A DNA stretch of 63,665 nt, counting the filler, from Octopus bimaculoides (taxonomy: Eukaryota), in the NCBI RefSeq assembly GCF_001194135.2. It is 4 parts of 3 records of this genome, joined end to end, with 100 filler letters (N's around TTAATTAATTAA, not from the genome) between each part and the next. Parts side by side here need not be neighbours in the genome. Positions count along the whole stretch, not along the records: positions 34,441 to 62,182 come from NC_068983.1; positions 62,283 to 63,665 come from NC_069003.1; 2 more parts are not named here. One strand, written 5' to 3'. The position numbers were made by a program, and so were the translations under genes. Positions 49,959 through 63,115 of this stretch are shown here, piece after piece (within the stretch, counting starts at the first letter, position 1; every line of letters begins with the position of its first letter). The notes beneath the pieces are model-generated. The model worked only from the letters and a program-made list of their open reading frames with translations. It ran no database searches and was not told the DNA's origin.

Positions 49959-50338
49959 ATTACCTCCGCCTTCGTTAAGGCGGAGGTAATAAATATTGTT
50001 TTTCAGTTGCGTTTGTTTGTTTGCTTGTTTGTTTACTCGTGGACAAGATATCTCAAGAACTGCTAGATGGATTCGGATGAAACTTTCAGGGGTGTTTGGC
50101 CTCATGACTAGCACGAACTGATTCGATCCATCCAGTACTGGACAATGATTCTGGATTATTTTCCCGGATTTTTTACTTAAGTTTTGAGAGCAGTTAGGTT
50201 CATTTTTTGTATTCTCGTTTGTGAGAGAAGTCGAGTCTTTTTCAGATATTCTCATTTAAAAAATCATCTCTGGCTGATCGTTGAGAGGACCTTGGTGTTG
50301 ACTTGGCGGAGGTTTGAGCTCTCTGAGCGATCTTGCTT
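49959..50338 (+). mobile_element. Non-autonomous Helentron-type element (HINE/DINE-1-like)
   Basis: Perfect 14-bp hairpin ATTACCTCCGCCTT-CGTT-AAGGCGGAGGTAAT, (GTTT)n, GATGAAACTTTCAGG core, 3' subterminal GGCGGAGGT plus short stem, T-rich flanks. Confidence 0.75.
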
Positions 50339-51632
50339 AATTTATGTTTTAACGATTCTGCCAGCTTGCTACCTCCTGTGTGTACAATAATGAGAAAAAA
50401 CGAAGAGCGTAAAAGCAGGCTTTCAGCAAACTAAAGCCCTACGAGTTTAGTTAATTTTTTTATAACTGTGTGTTCTCAACTTCAAGTGAAAGAAAAAAGT
50501 TTTTTTTCCATTTCTTTTAGTATGTATTTCAATCCATTGAAACGGATAGTTTGAAAGTATATTATTAAGACGTTAAATATCTCTTGACTGCAGCCTGTTA
50601 TAAATGTAGTTCATTCATTCAAATAGTTATGCGATAATAACAGGTTTCATGCTAAAGACTAGCTGGTCTTAGATTAGATAAGGAATAATCTGGACATCCA
50701 GAACGTTTGCTAAGTTCAGTGACCTGCTTCCTTTCATCATGTACTCTGGAATTATTTTGTAGCTGCCTAGGAAGTTACATCTAAGAAACAATTCTTGTGA
50801 TGATTGTCATCGGTTATTCAGTGAATTGATAGAGGCATTCTATATTTCGATCTTAAATTTTTAGATGTCTAGAAAAAACACAACCAAGAAAGAAATCGAA
50901 CAGTATATCACCGATAAATATGTTTTTTTAAAAATCCATTTTGCAGAAAATAAAAGTTAAGCAACAAGAATTCAGCACGACCTAATCAATAAAAATAAAA
51001 ATTGCAAAGTCTTTTTTGTTTTGTTTGTTTTTCTATTAAGAGTCATTGCTCATAGTCATTTAAAAATTTCTTGCTCTCTACAATTTAAAACAGTTTTATC
51101 TTTTTACTGCATTCTTTTGTATTCTATTTTTAAAATTAACTTTGATTTATTTTTCATGTATGTATTGGATAAATTTGATATTATCAATTTTTTGTCGTTA
51201 GTTTTCGTTGTCATTTGAAATGGAAGTGACATATTCACTCTGTAAAAGAAAACTGCAACTAATGTCTAGAAGTGTATTTAGTCAGCCGACAAAATAGGAT
51301 GGATTTTGCATAACGATAGCTTTACCGAAGATTATTTAGTTCATGGTGAAATGACCAGGCAATGAAATTACAGGCATTGTATTTACCAGACCGTAATTAT
51401 TCTCGATGAATGTAGTAACGAGTTTTCTGGTCAGCCTAAATGGTGTAAGAATAACCAAAGTTATTTTTTAATGGAAGACCATTAGTTATCCAAGCATCTC
51501 ATCTCCCTCCTCGCTGATACTGTGCAAAGAAATATCAAGAGCCGATATGAATTAGCACCAGTGTCGTTGCAGGTGAACTCAAAATGCGTTTCGACTGAAG
51601 CCTTAATGATTTTTATACATAATTATATTACG

Positions 51633-52011
51633 TGGCACTCAGTCGGTTGCGACGACGAGAGTTCCAGTTAATCCGATCAACGGAACAGCCTGCTCGTGAA
51701 ATTAAGGTGCAAGTAGCTGAGCACTCCACAGACACATGTACCCTTAATGTAGTTCTCAGGGAGATTCAGCGTGACACAGAATGTGACAAGGCTGGCCCTT
51801 TGAAATACAGGTACAACAGAAATAGGAAGTAAGAGTGAGAGAAAATTGTGGTGAAAGAGTACAGCAGGGTTCGCCACCACCCCTACCGGAGCCTCATGGA
51901 GCTTTAGGTGTTTTCGTTCAATAAACACTCACAACGTTTGGTCTGGGAATCGAAACCGCGATCCTACAACCGCGAGTCCGCTGCCCTAACGCCTGGGCCA
52001 TTGCGCTTCCA
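51633..52011 (-). mobile_element. SINE family 1, full length
   Basis: Reverse complement of 26511-26902; TACATAATT on both flanks may be a TSD. Confidence 0.9.
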
Positions 52012-52677
52012 CTACATAATTTTATAATATATTAGTGAATGATTTTTCTGTGGAAAGAGACGATTATCCTATCATGTACATTTATATTTAACACATTTGT
52101 ATCAACTCAAGCGCGGAAACTTCACTAAGAAAAAGAAATTCACCTCACAAACAAACTCTGTGAAAAACCTAACTGGAGGCAACGAATGATGTCATCGGAC
52201 TGAATGACACTTGCAACCGTACCTTTGCGCTTTATCAGCAACACACCGTATCCATAGTTCATAGCACAGAGTGAATTATCCCTCTTATATATATATAACA
52301 CAACAAATAATACTTATGCAGCCGTTTGCAAAGTTTTGGTAAACGGAAATTTATGAATTAAATACACACTAAGAAGAGCTGATCAAAGTCTAGATTATAT
52401 TTAACATGTCTGGGTACATTCAAACGTGGAAAGATTTCTGGTGTGGTTACTGTCACAGAAGAGAAATTCCCCTTATAAATAACGTATGAGAAAACACACT
52501 GTCTAGATGTTGCTGATATGAAAATTTCTCTTCCGAGATAGTCATTGCAGTGAAGGTTTTTCTACGTTTGACGTATATCAAATATTAATGTATACAGCTC
52601 TACTTTAAATCATGGTTACTAAATGTACCTTTAATTAATATGCCATGCTTTTAATGTTCTTATCTATCATATCATGG

Positions 52678-52861
52678 TGGAGGCGCAATGGCCCAGTGGT
52701 TAGGGCAGCGGACTCGCGGTCATAGGATCGCGGTTTCGATTCCCAGACGGGTGTTGTGAGTGTTTATTGAGCGAAAACACCTAAAGCTCCACGAGGCTCC
52801 GGCAGGGGATGGTGGCGAACCCTGCTGTACTCTTTCACCACAACTTTCTCTCACTCTTACT
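52678..52861 (+). mobile_element. SINE family 1, 5' half (cut by an N gap)
   Basis: Near-identical to 26511-26700. Confidence 0.9.
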
Positions 52862-53519
52862 NNNNNNNNNNNNNNNNNNNNNNNNNNNNNNNNNNNNNNN
52901 NNNNNNNNNNNNNNNNNNNNNNNNNNNNNNNNNNNNNNNNNNNNNNNNNNNNNNNNNNNNNNNNNNNNNNNNNNNNNNNNNNNNNNNNNNNNNNNNNNNN
53001 NNNNNNNNNNNNNNNNNNNNNNNNNNNNNNNNNNNNNNNNNNNNNNNNNNNNNNNNNNNNNNNNNNNNNNNNNNNNNNNNNNNNNNNNNNNNNNNNNNNN
53101 NNNNNNNNNNNNNNNNNNNNNNNNNNNNNNNNNNNNNNNNNNNNNNNNNNNNNNNNNNNNNNNNNNNNNNNNNNNNNNNNNNNNNNNNNNNNNNNNNNNN
53201 NNNNNNNNNNNNNNNNNNNNNNNNNNNNNNNNNNNNNNNNNNNNNNNNNNNNNNNNNNNNNNNNNNNNNNNNNNNNNNNNNNNNNNNNNNNNNNNNNNNN
53301 NNNNNNNNNNNNNNNNNNNNNNNNNNNNNNNNNNNNNNNNNNNNNNNNNNNNNNNNNNNNNNNNNNNNNNNNNNNNNNNNNNNNNNNNNNNNNNNNNNNN
53401 NNNNNNNNNNNNNNNNNNNNNNNNNNNNNNNNNNNNNNNNNNNNNNNNNNNNNNNNNNNNNNNNNNNNNNNNNNNNNNNNNNNNNNNNNNNNNNNNNNTA
53501 TCTCTCTCACTCTCTCTCT

Positions 53520-53705
53520 CTGGACCGCTGAACTCTACAAGTTTTTTTTCATTCACTTTGTTTATTTTCTCTTATTCCTTTCTGTTGAAGAGCGTAGGCT
53601 CGAAACGTAAAGGACTTTTTCATATTTCCCGAGCGTCAAACTGATACACTTGCTTGTTGTTCCTACGCCTGTCTTCGTCTTTTGTTTATCTTAAATTACA
53701 ATTAT
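53520..53705 (+). mobile_element. PLE-like terminal repeat with minimal hammerhead-like motif (53576-53614)
   Basis: TCCTTT CTGTTGA A GAGC GTAG GCTC GAAAC GTA AAGGA. Confidence 0.65.
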
Positions 53706-54147
53706 ATGTATGTATGTATGTGTGTGCGTGTGTGTGTGTGCGTGCGTGCGTGTGTATATATATATGGCCGCAGTCTAATGACTGAAACAAGTAAAAGATA
53801 AAAGATATATATACTGGACTCTCCCGTCGTTAAACGAAAGATGAGGGTTCCGTAATTTCGTACTGAACAACTACAAAGATGATTTATACATCGTGATCAA
53901 ATGTTTGTGTTTACATAAACTCACTCCTTCCATCAAATCGACATTGCCTGTACAAGTGCACAAGTACACTACACATCAGAAATAATCGTATGAAAGGAAA
54001 CGTTTTGCTGAAGAACAAAACGCGCGCCGCCCGATCCGAGAAACAAACCGGCGATCTAGTGATCGCTAGTGCAACACCCTACCCACTTAACCACGCGCCT
54101 TCACTTGTGTATACACGCACATACACGCACGTACACGCACATACAGA

Positions 54148-54190
<43 letters not shown>

Positions 54191-54975
54191 ACACACACAC
54201 ACACACACGCACACATGTACACACATAACTATATGTGTGTGCTTGCGTGAATTATTGCTTGATTTAATACATAGATGAAAGTTCCGAATCCGATTAAAAT
54301 TTAATCTTGTATTTAAGAAAACAAACAATTTTTTGCGTAACTTCTGTATTACTCATATTAATCATTGATGGAATGAATGTGATGAATGTTGAAGATTAGA
54401 TAAAACTAAGTAAAGTATATTGTTTCTCTTTTCTCTTCACTTATAGACGCACGCTTTGATATCTTTATATCCTTCTGGTACTGCTAATAAATAATATACT
54501 GTGTCTGGATCGACGCCGAAGTTAATGCATTTAGGTACAACCATTCGCCGTTCATTCACGGGTGAGTGCATTTTGGTGAAATGTTTACCAAACTTTCGCT
54601 GATTGATTTTACGGGCCTCTTTCGCTACAAGCAATCGTATGTACCGTCTGGATTCCTCTACTTATGCTTGAATCTGTAGAACATCTAGGAGTTAAATGAT
54701 GGAGAGAGAGGGAGAGAAAGAGAGAGAGAGAAAGAGAGAGAGAGAAAGAGAAAGGGAGACAGACAGACAGACAGACAGATAGACAGACAGGCAGACAGAC
54801 AGATCAATAGACTAAAGAAAATTTTAATGAAATGCTTTACTCAAGAATACGACGCCGCATTCGGTAAGGGACTGAGCCTATAATCTTGTGATTACAACCG
54901 AAGCAGGTATTCACATGCTTTTCTGTTTCCAAATTTGTGTATATAACACATGTATGTCATCTACATATATATATA

Positions 54976-55048
54976 TAGGAGTGGCTGTGTGGTAAGTAGC
55001 TTGCTTACCAACCACATGGTCTCGGGTTCAGTCCCACTGCGTGGCATC
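54976..55048 (+). mobile_element. SINE family 2 head (cut by a gap)
   Basis: GGAGTGGCTGTGTGGTAAG...GGTTCAGTCCCACTGCGTGGCA. Confidence 0.85.
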
Positions 55049-55359
55049 NNNNNNNNNNNNNNNNNNNNNNNNNNNNNNNNNNNNNNNNNNNNNNNNNNNN
55101 NNNNNNNNNNNNNNNNNNNNNNNNNNNNNNNNNNNNNNNNNNNNNNNNNNNNNNNNNNNNNNNNNNNNNNNNNNNNNNNNNNNNNNNNNNNNNNNNNNNN
55201 NNNNNNNNNNNNNNNNNNNNNNNNNNNNNNNNNNNNNNNNNNNNNNNNNNNNNNNNNNNNNNNNNNNNNNNNNNNNNNNNNNNNNNNNNNNNNNNNNNNN
55301 NNNNNNNNNNNNNNNNNNNNNNNNNNNNNNNNNNNNNNNNNNNNNNNNNNNNNNNNNNN

Positions 55360-55415
<56 letters not shown>

Positions 55416-55610
55416 AATGTTAAGGAGAGTTCGAATAAGTTCAGTAATTTATACAAACATATATTGTGCCAATGTATATCAGTGTTTAAATGTACAATCA
55501 TTAAAATATCAAAACATTAAAAATCTATGAATACATAAATATATAAACATTTAATATATATGTTTCCAAATTTATGTATATAACACATAACACACACGCA
55601 CACATATATA

Positions 55611-55662
<52 letters not shown>

Positions 55663-56481
55663 CGCGCGTGTATACATATATATATGTATGTATGCATATA
55701 TATATATATATATATAATAGATAGATAGATAGATAGATAGATAGAGATATATAATTCTTACTGGAAAATATCTCGGTTTTCTCACCGTCATCACATACTT
55801 TGATGATGGGGAGCAAGCTGAAACTTCGAAGTCATTGTCAAACTTTTCATTACTGAAATTAATGAACATGCTATCTTCTAAAAAGTATTGAGTAATCACT
55901 CAGTTTAATATCAAATGATATATATGTACATACACGTATGTGCATAAAGATACATGCGTATATATACGTGTATGTGTGCGCGCGCGTGCGCATAAATATT
56001 TAAAACCAAAGACTGAAGACTTCCTCATGCTGTGCAGTTTAATCTGCCTCAAATGCTACAGAAAGTATAAGTAAGACAAGTAGCAATTGACTATGCGACA
56101 CTGCAGACTGTTCAGTACTCTGGTAATATCTCTCTTTTCTAACTGTCATATGATATATTCAGTGGAGAAAAGCTAATATGTGACCTTCCCGTGCAACTGT
56201 CACTTAAGTGGAATGCATGAACGTTGACGTATCAATTTGTACGTTAATGGATAGCGTTCTGAGCCGATTACCTACTTCAAAACAAACTATTTTCATAACT
56301 GCGACCAGAAAAGACACAATTCCATGCACTATACACTTTTGAACATCCAATGTGAAACCGGTCAAGTGTACTCCTATATTACAAGATGTAATTAAATTCC
56401 TAATTGATTTTAATATATTCTCTGTACATTCTATACTTCATTTCTTTTATTCTCCCACTTATTTGGATTAATAACAACGTA

Positions 56482-56514
<33 letters not shown>

Positions 56515-57409
56515 NNNNNNNNNNNNNNNNNNNNNNNNNNNNNNNNNNNNNNNNNNNNNNNNNNNNNNNNNNNNNNNNNNNNNNNNNNNNNNNNNNNNNN
56601 NNNNNNNNNNNNNNNNNNNNNNNNNNNNNNNNNNNNNNNNNNNNNNNNNNNNNNNNNNNNNNNNNNNNNNNNNNNNNNNNNNNNNNNNNNNNNNNNNNNN
56701 NNNNNNNNNNNNNNNNNNNNNNNNNNNNNNNNNNNNNNNNNNNNNNNNNNNNNNNNNNNNNNNNNNNNNNNNNNNNNNNNNNNNNNNNNNNNNNNNNNNN
56801 NNNNNNNNNNNNNNNNNNNNNNNNNNNNNNNNNNNNNNNNNNNNNNNNNNNNNNNNNNNNNNNNNNNNNNNNNNNNNNNNNNNNNNNNNNNNNNNNNNNN
56901 NNNNNNNNNNNNNNNNNNNNNNNNNNNNNNNNNNNNNNNNNNNNNNNNNNNNNNNNNNNNNNNNNNNNNNNNNNNNNNNNNNNNNNNNNNNNNNNNNNNN
57001 NNNNNNNNNNNNNNNNNNNNNNNNNNNNNNNNNNNNNNNNNNNNNNNNNNNNNNNNNNNNNNNNNNNNNNNNNNNNNNNNNNNNNNNNTAATCACTGACA
57101 AAATTTCAGATTGCAGGTAATTCGCTGTCAAATTGTACTCTATCATCTTTTAGACAAAAGAACAAGAAGAACACATTGCTAAAGATAGAATGCGATGGTT
57201 GGAATGCCTTTATGATAATAGGTTGTTCAACTAGAGCTGACATAGTTTTACACAATTATATGTGAGCATATGTGAGTACTTGTATGTGTGTGTGTGTGTG
57301 TGTGTGCGTGTGTGTGTGTTTATATTTACGTACATACGTACGTATGTATGTATGTATGTATGTATGAATTAATGTGTGTGTATGTATATATGTATGTATG
57401 CATGCATGT

Positions 57410-57530
57410 TGGAAAAGTGGCAGAGTCAAGAAAGTATTAGATAGATGCTTTGTGGTATCTTACTCTCAACACTATGTTCAAATCCCTTCGAGATCAACTT
57501 TATCTTCCATTATTTGGAAGACTATGGATT
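57410..57530 (+). mobile_element. Diverged SINE family 3 fragment
   Basis: GTGGCAGAGTC...TATGTTCAAATCCC..GAGATCAACTTT. Confidence 0.5.
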
Positions 57531-59503
57531 GGTGGAATTGTTGGAGCGGGGTGGTCGGAATAGTTTATGCATTCTGACTTTACATTCCACTTCGTCACCG
57601 AGAAACGGTAACAATTTTATTAGAAGTTGTATCCATCAGTCAATAGCTACAATGCAAAAAATTACAGGTAAAAATATAGAAAAATTCTGCAGTTCAGAAC
57701 AGCATTAAAAAAGATACGATTAACACACTTGTAATTTATAAATCAAAGTAGAGGCAAATAATGTATTATCTTTGTAAAATGATGTTTACACTTTACTTGA
57801 ACTCTTACTAATTGTGACTTACAATCAATATCAAGTGAACTCTTAAAGAAAACAGTCGCAGATAAGATCCCGAAACACAAGTGAAACTAGTTCGGCTGAT
57901 GCTTCTTTTTCTGTCCAGAGATATAGCCTGTATAAAGACAAAGTGTTTACATTTGTGTATACAGAAGACCTTGACTAAAAGTTTGTAGATATATTCTGCA
58001 ATATAGTATAGCATTCAACCAAAATGTTATTACACACAGTAATTTATTAAATTAGGGAAAGACACATCAGATATACTTCCTAAAAAGATTATGTGATCAC
58101 AGCTGAACTGCCTTTGGTTAACCGTTTATTCGCTTAATTTCGGTTAAGCATTGAAATAAGAATGGTATAGAAGGCATAGGTTTTTCACAAGCGATTAACA
58201 TCTTATGATATTATTTTATAGTTGATGTCGAAAATAGATGACCGCTATCTGTCTTTAATCTTCGACTAAAATTCTGAATTATAGGTATAAGTTGAAAGGA
58301 ATCAGTCAGAGTACTGATCCTTGTGGTACTGAAATCGGGATATTCTAGATTCTAAATCTGTTGTCATTGTCATCGTCATCGTCATTGTTGTTCTTCCTCT
58401 ATACTACCCAAACTTGGTATTCTGAGTATTTTCAAAGCCAGCATAGATTTGTTTTGTTTTGCTTCTTAAGATGTTGAAAGTGTTGTGAAAAAGTTTGTAG
58501 ATAGTGATGGCGCCTAGTTAATTGATGCATATAAGTTTATTTCGTGTTCGAGACATCGCGTTTGCTTTGTGTAAGATTTATCGTGTGGTAGCTGAATGCT
58601 GTTGCCTAAATTCGAAGTGTCATTTAAACAGAAGAATATGTAATTCAAAGAGAATAATCTATAGAGGATGAGCATAATTTTCTGAGAGTATGCAAAGGAA
58701 GCTAATGAATTTATATGATGTTACTTAATTTGCATTTGATAGGGTTTAAAAGGGTGACGATTTTGCCAAGATTCCAAATTTGGAGATGGTAGCGTTGGTT
58801 CGAGTGGTTGTAGATGTTGTGGAGTATAAGGTTTCTTTTAGGTCCTAGGCGTTTTAGATTATACATTTGGGGTTTTATTAGGTTGTAAGGTTTTTGAATT
58901 TTGAAATTTTCCTAATGCTTTTCTGACTTCTCCGTTATTGGTTTGTACTTTTTGCATTTTTGCTATATATCTTATAAATATCTAAAAAAATCTTTGCGTG
59001 CTTTTTCGACCTTTTAGAAATAACAATAAAAATGCCCTCAAATGTCTTAGAAAGGTTGAGTATACTAATATAGCAGGGGAAAACTGGGTGGTTATGGCTT
59101 GAATGCTGGCTGGACAATAAAATTTTGTCATAATAACCTAATACTTTTGAACAATAAGGAGTCTCGCATTTAAACATGAAACAGTGAAACATTATGAGTC
59201 AGTTTGGCATGAAGCAACAAACACAGGAGATAAAGAGATGTAATTAGTTTCTTTTGTAATAATAAGATAAAGTGCTTGCCTCCTTAGGATTCCAATCATT
59301 CGCAAGCGACTTTTAGATAAGATATAACCATATTCCCGACAGCTAGATCAACCGAGTTACGTTCAGAACATTATCCTCTCTTCCGTTTTGANNNNNNNNN
59401 NNNNNNNNNNNNNNNNNNNNNNNNNNNNNNNNNNNNNNNNNNNNNNNNNNNNNNNNNNNNNNNNNNNNNNNNNNNNNNNNNNNNNNNNNNNNNNNNNNNN
59501 NNN

Positions 59504-59537
<34 letters not shown>

Positions 59538-61402
59538 TTATATACGAATCAAAAATGGTGTCACTATATACAGTCGACTGAAACGAGAACAGTTCAGTTG
59601 TTTCGGAGTGAGAGACGATACAAGAAGAAATTACTTTCTATATATCTACAAGAAATATCTCTTGCTGCTGAACGACCATTCATAGGTAAGTCCTATTTAG
59701 GCAGTATCTTTAAACATGGATTCGTAAGCTTTCGGATGAAAGTCATTATTAAACATCAAAGAAGCCAGTGGATAAACGTTTCTTTTTCATCTTTATAAAA
59801 TGAAGTAGTAGCAAGAAAGATATGACAATAAAAAGAGCCTAAGAATAATCTAAGTGTTAATAATTTCAACAGAAATTTCTTGAAACGTAATCTAACACAT
59901 TCAGCTGCAAAAATGCAGTAAATCAGCAAAATGACAGTTTTATATCAGTTTCCGATTTATTAAGATACATTTCATGAGATATAAACTATTGTACTTAAAG
60001 CTAATTTGAAATGGAAATTTTTCATTTTCTTATAGAAATTACATGTTATCACACCATTTTACTAATTCACTTGTTTACAGAATTTGGAAAATATACATAT
60101 TATACTAATACATCTTGAAATACTTTGTTCTGTGAATAAAAAAAATGAATAAGTGTGCTTCCTTTACTTTACGATGGTAAAGTATGATTCAAGGAAAATT
60201 TGACTGGGAACTCTAGCATATAGCAACCAGTTTGCTGGAAGACGGGTGTTATTGTTGTTTAGATGAAAGACAACTCTAATCTAGCAAACCTAAGGTGCAA
60301 GATATTCCAGTTGTAACCCCTCTGTCCTTTTCTATATATCTATGACTGCATTATGTTCTTCTCACTTTAAAAGGATTGGAAGAGATCTAAAGAATATTTC
60401 AATGCTATTTTTCTTAGGTCTAGCGAACACATAGAGAACCCCATCGTTATAAGAGAGAAATAATTTGAAATAAATCAGTAGTTTAACAGATTGTCACTGA
60501 TGAATAAGCAACAAAATACGTGAAGCGATACGGATTTATATTTACATGAGGTGTAATTTTCTCTTTGAAAGTTCTCGTATTTATAAGTGCTTCAGAGTTC
60601 TTATCTGTTAGGAATATGTACCAGAACTTCCGGTAAAATTAAATTAGTATCAAATCCAAAGACAGTATTTGACAGAAGTATTTTGTTTTTGATATGTTGA
60701 CAAAAGATTATCACAGGTATGGTCTATGTTTCAAAAACCCTTTAATTTAGACATTAAAGAAGACCTCGAAATGAAAGTCCGATCTACTTGAAATAGCGTC
60801 CAAAATCTCCTTCAACTCGCATCTTACAGTTTTAAATAAGATAGAACTTGTTGGATAATATAGTGCCAGATATACTGAAGAAAAGAAATCAGGAATGCTA
60901 CAACTGTAATGTTTTGCATCGTAAGTCTGCTTGGTCAGGGCTCCACTGGGTCCAAACAGTTAATGTTGCTGTTGTTTAGTTGTATTTCAGTTCTTATTGT
61001 CCAAATGAATTCTTGCTATAACCATCTCTCTGTGTTTTAGAAATTGAGCATGCAGGACTGCATTATTCAATAGATCTCGGTTTTTAAGAGGGCATTGTAT
61101 GATTTGCGGAATATTTGTTTGTTAATTATAGCACATCTAGCAATAGCATACAGCTTCCGTCACCTGCTCAACAAAATTTCAAATACATATTGAAAACAAG
61201 TGAGATTTTCTAAAACTTCCCACAAGGTTTATATGAGTTCTGTCAACGAAAATATATTTATTTACGCATGTGTTTAATACTGCAGCTCCAAAGTTCATTG
61301 TTCCCATTCCTTTCCCTTTATCCCTCTCATCCCTTACTCTCTCTCAGCCCTTGCTCTCCCTCTCTCTCAGCCCTCTCTCTATCTCTCTTTTCTGCCTCTC
61401 AG

Positions 61403-61408
61403 TCTCTC

Positions 61409-61471
<63 letters not shown>
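61403..61471. repeat. (CT)n microsatellite
   Basis: Directly visible. Confidence 0.95.
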
Positions 61472-61476
<5 letters not shown>

Positions 61477-62182
61477 GATGACAAGCAATTTGAATCTCTT
61501 CGAAAGCTGTATCCCTCTCGAGTGTCAATAATGCCCACAGATATCATAAATGCGGTAAAAATGATACAATGATATTCAACTATTTAAAATGTTGATGAAT
61601 TACTGAAATAATACATACATCACTGAAAAGGACATTGTATTGTATTACTCTTGAGAATATCAAAGATTTACAATAAATTAAATGCTCCACAAGGAGAAGG
61701 ATATTAAGGGTACTTAAATAATAAATGTCGACAACAAATAGAGAAAACTACCGGAGAAAACTCTGAAGTGTTGCTTCCCAGAGAAACTATAGGCAGGTTT
61801 TAACGGATAAAACATAGTTTTCCATAAAGTTTCAGAGAATATCGCATAAACAAGAAACTATTCTTTAGAGGAAGCTAATGTCAACTAAAGATAGAAAATG
61901 ATTTATCACAAATTGCTGCAAACAATATTTTAGACGAAGGCGTTGTACATCCATTGTGGAACATATAGAATATACTTATTATCTTTAAAAAATACATACA
62001 GGGGAAAAGATAAATGAGGTTTCTACGTAAGCGATAAATATCAGAATAATGTTCATTGATTTCTGTTGACAATAAATAGGGAAGCCTTAAAAACATCATA
62101 AACCCTCCGAGTATTGAAGAGAAGCTTCCCGATTATGCTGATATTTTTGTGAGTTGTACCGGTGTAGTTTACAACCAGCCCA

Positions 62183-62282
62183 NNNNNNNNNNNNNNNNNN
62201 NNNNNNNNNNNNNNNNNNNNNNNNNNTTAATTAATTAANNNNNNNNNNNNNNNNNNNNNNNNNNNNNNNNNNNNNNNNNNNN
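62183..62282. other. Artificial scaffold-join spacer
   Basis: 44 N + TTAATTAATTAA + 44 N. Confidence 0.9.
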
Positions 62283-62814
62283 TATCAATGAAGAATTTTG
62301 CCAAGGAGGTGAAGTTTGTCCTCAAGATCTTTTTCCATTTCACTTTAGAGAGTGAAAGAGAGAGAGAGAGGCAGAGACAGAGAAACAGAGATAGAGAACG
62401 TGTAGACGTTACTGGAAAAATATATTAAGTCTCTGTGTGTATGCCGTTAATGTAATCCTGTGTAATTTTGGGCTTTGTATAGTTATTTTGGGGCTTTGTT
62501 CCGTTGTATTAAATATACTCGTCCACCTGCGATGGAGAATGAATCAGACAGAAGGCAACGGTTAGCCAGAGAGAGACAAAGGCGAAGAACAGCCATTCTC
62601 ACTCAGGAAGGAGATTAACCAATACATTAAGGTTATTAAATCAATCCCAAGAAGTGAAACAAGAGGAATTGGGGAGGATAGCGATATTAACCCTGATATA
62701 AATGATAATAATAATAATAACAATCATAGTAATAATAATCGGAATATGATTACTACTGACCCCAGAAGATTGAAGTTTGAAGGCCCTAATGCGAGAGTTA
62801 GAAATGTAAGAGTG

Positions 62815-63115
62815 TACTTCGGGACAAATCTGTAAACGATTATCTAATCATTATAGTACCTTTAGAGATAGAAGTAAAATAGCAAGTACTAGTCTTAGTA
62901 AATTCATTTGGGAATTGAAAGAACAAAAAAAGCAATATTCGCTAGAATGGTCAATCATTGGGAGGTCTTTCCTATATGACAAAGGTAGGAGATATTGCTC
63001 GTTATGTAATTTAGAACTATATTTTATATTATTCTCTAAGGGTAAGTTGATAAATAAACTAACAAATAATGCTCTCAGATGTACCCATTATCCAAAACAC
63101 GTTTCTCTGATTTAA
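62815..63115 (+). pseudogene. Penelope-like element GIY-YIG endonuclease C-terminal fragment
   Basis: KRLSNHYSTFR...TSLSKFIWELKEQKKQYSLEWSII...CSLCNLELYFI...LINK...RCTH matches the PLE pattern LSKxIWxLK..W.I...CxLC.xE...LNK...CRH. Confidence 0.75.

Noticed and set aside
27643-57146. Many long ORFs made of X residues
   Set aside because: They run through N gaps.
58430-59200. Possible minus-strand LINE relic
   Set aside because: Composition is suggestive but no diagnostic motif could be read.
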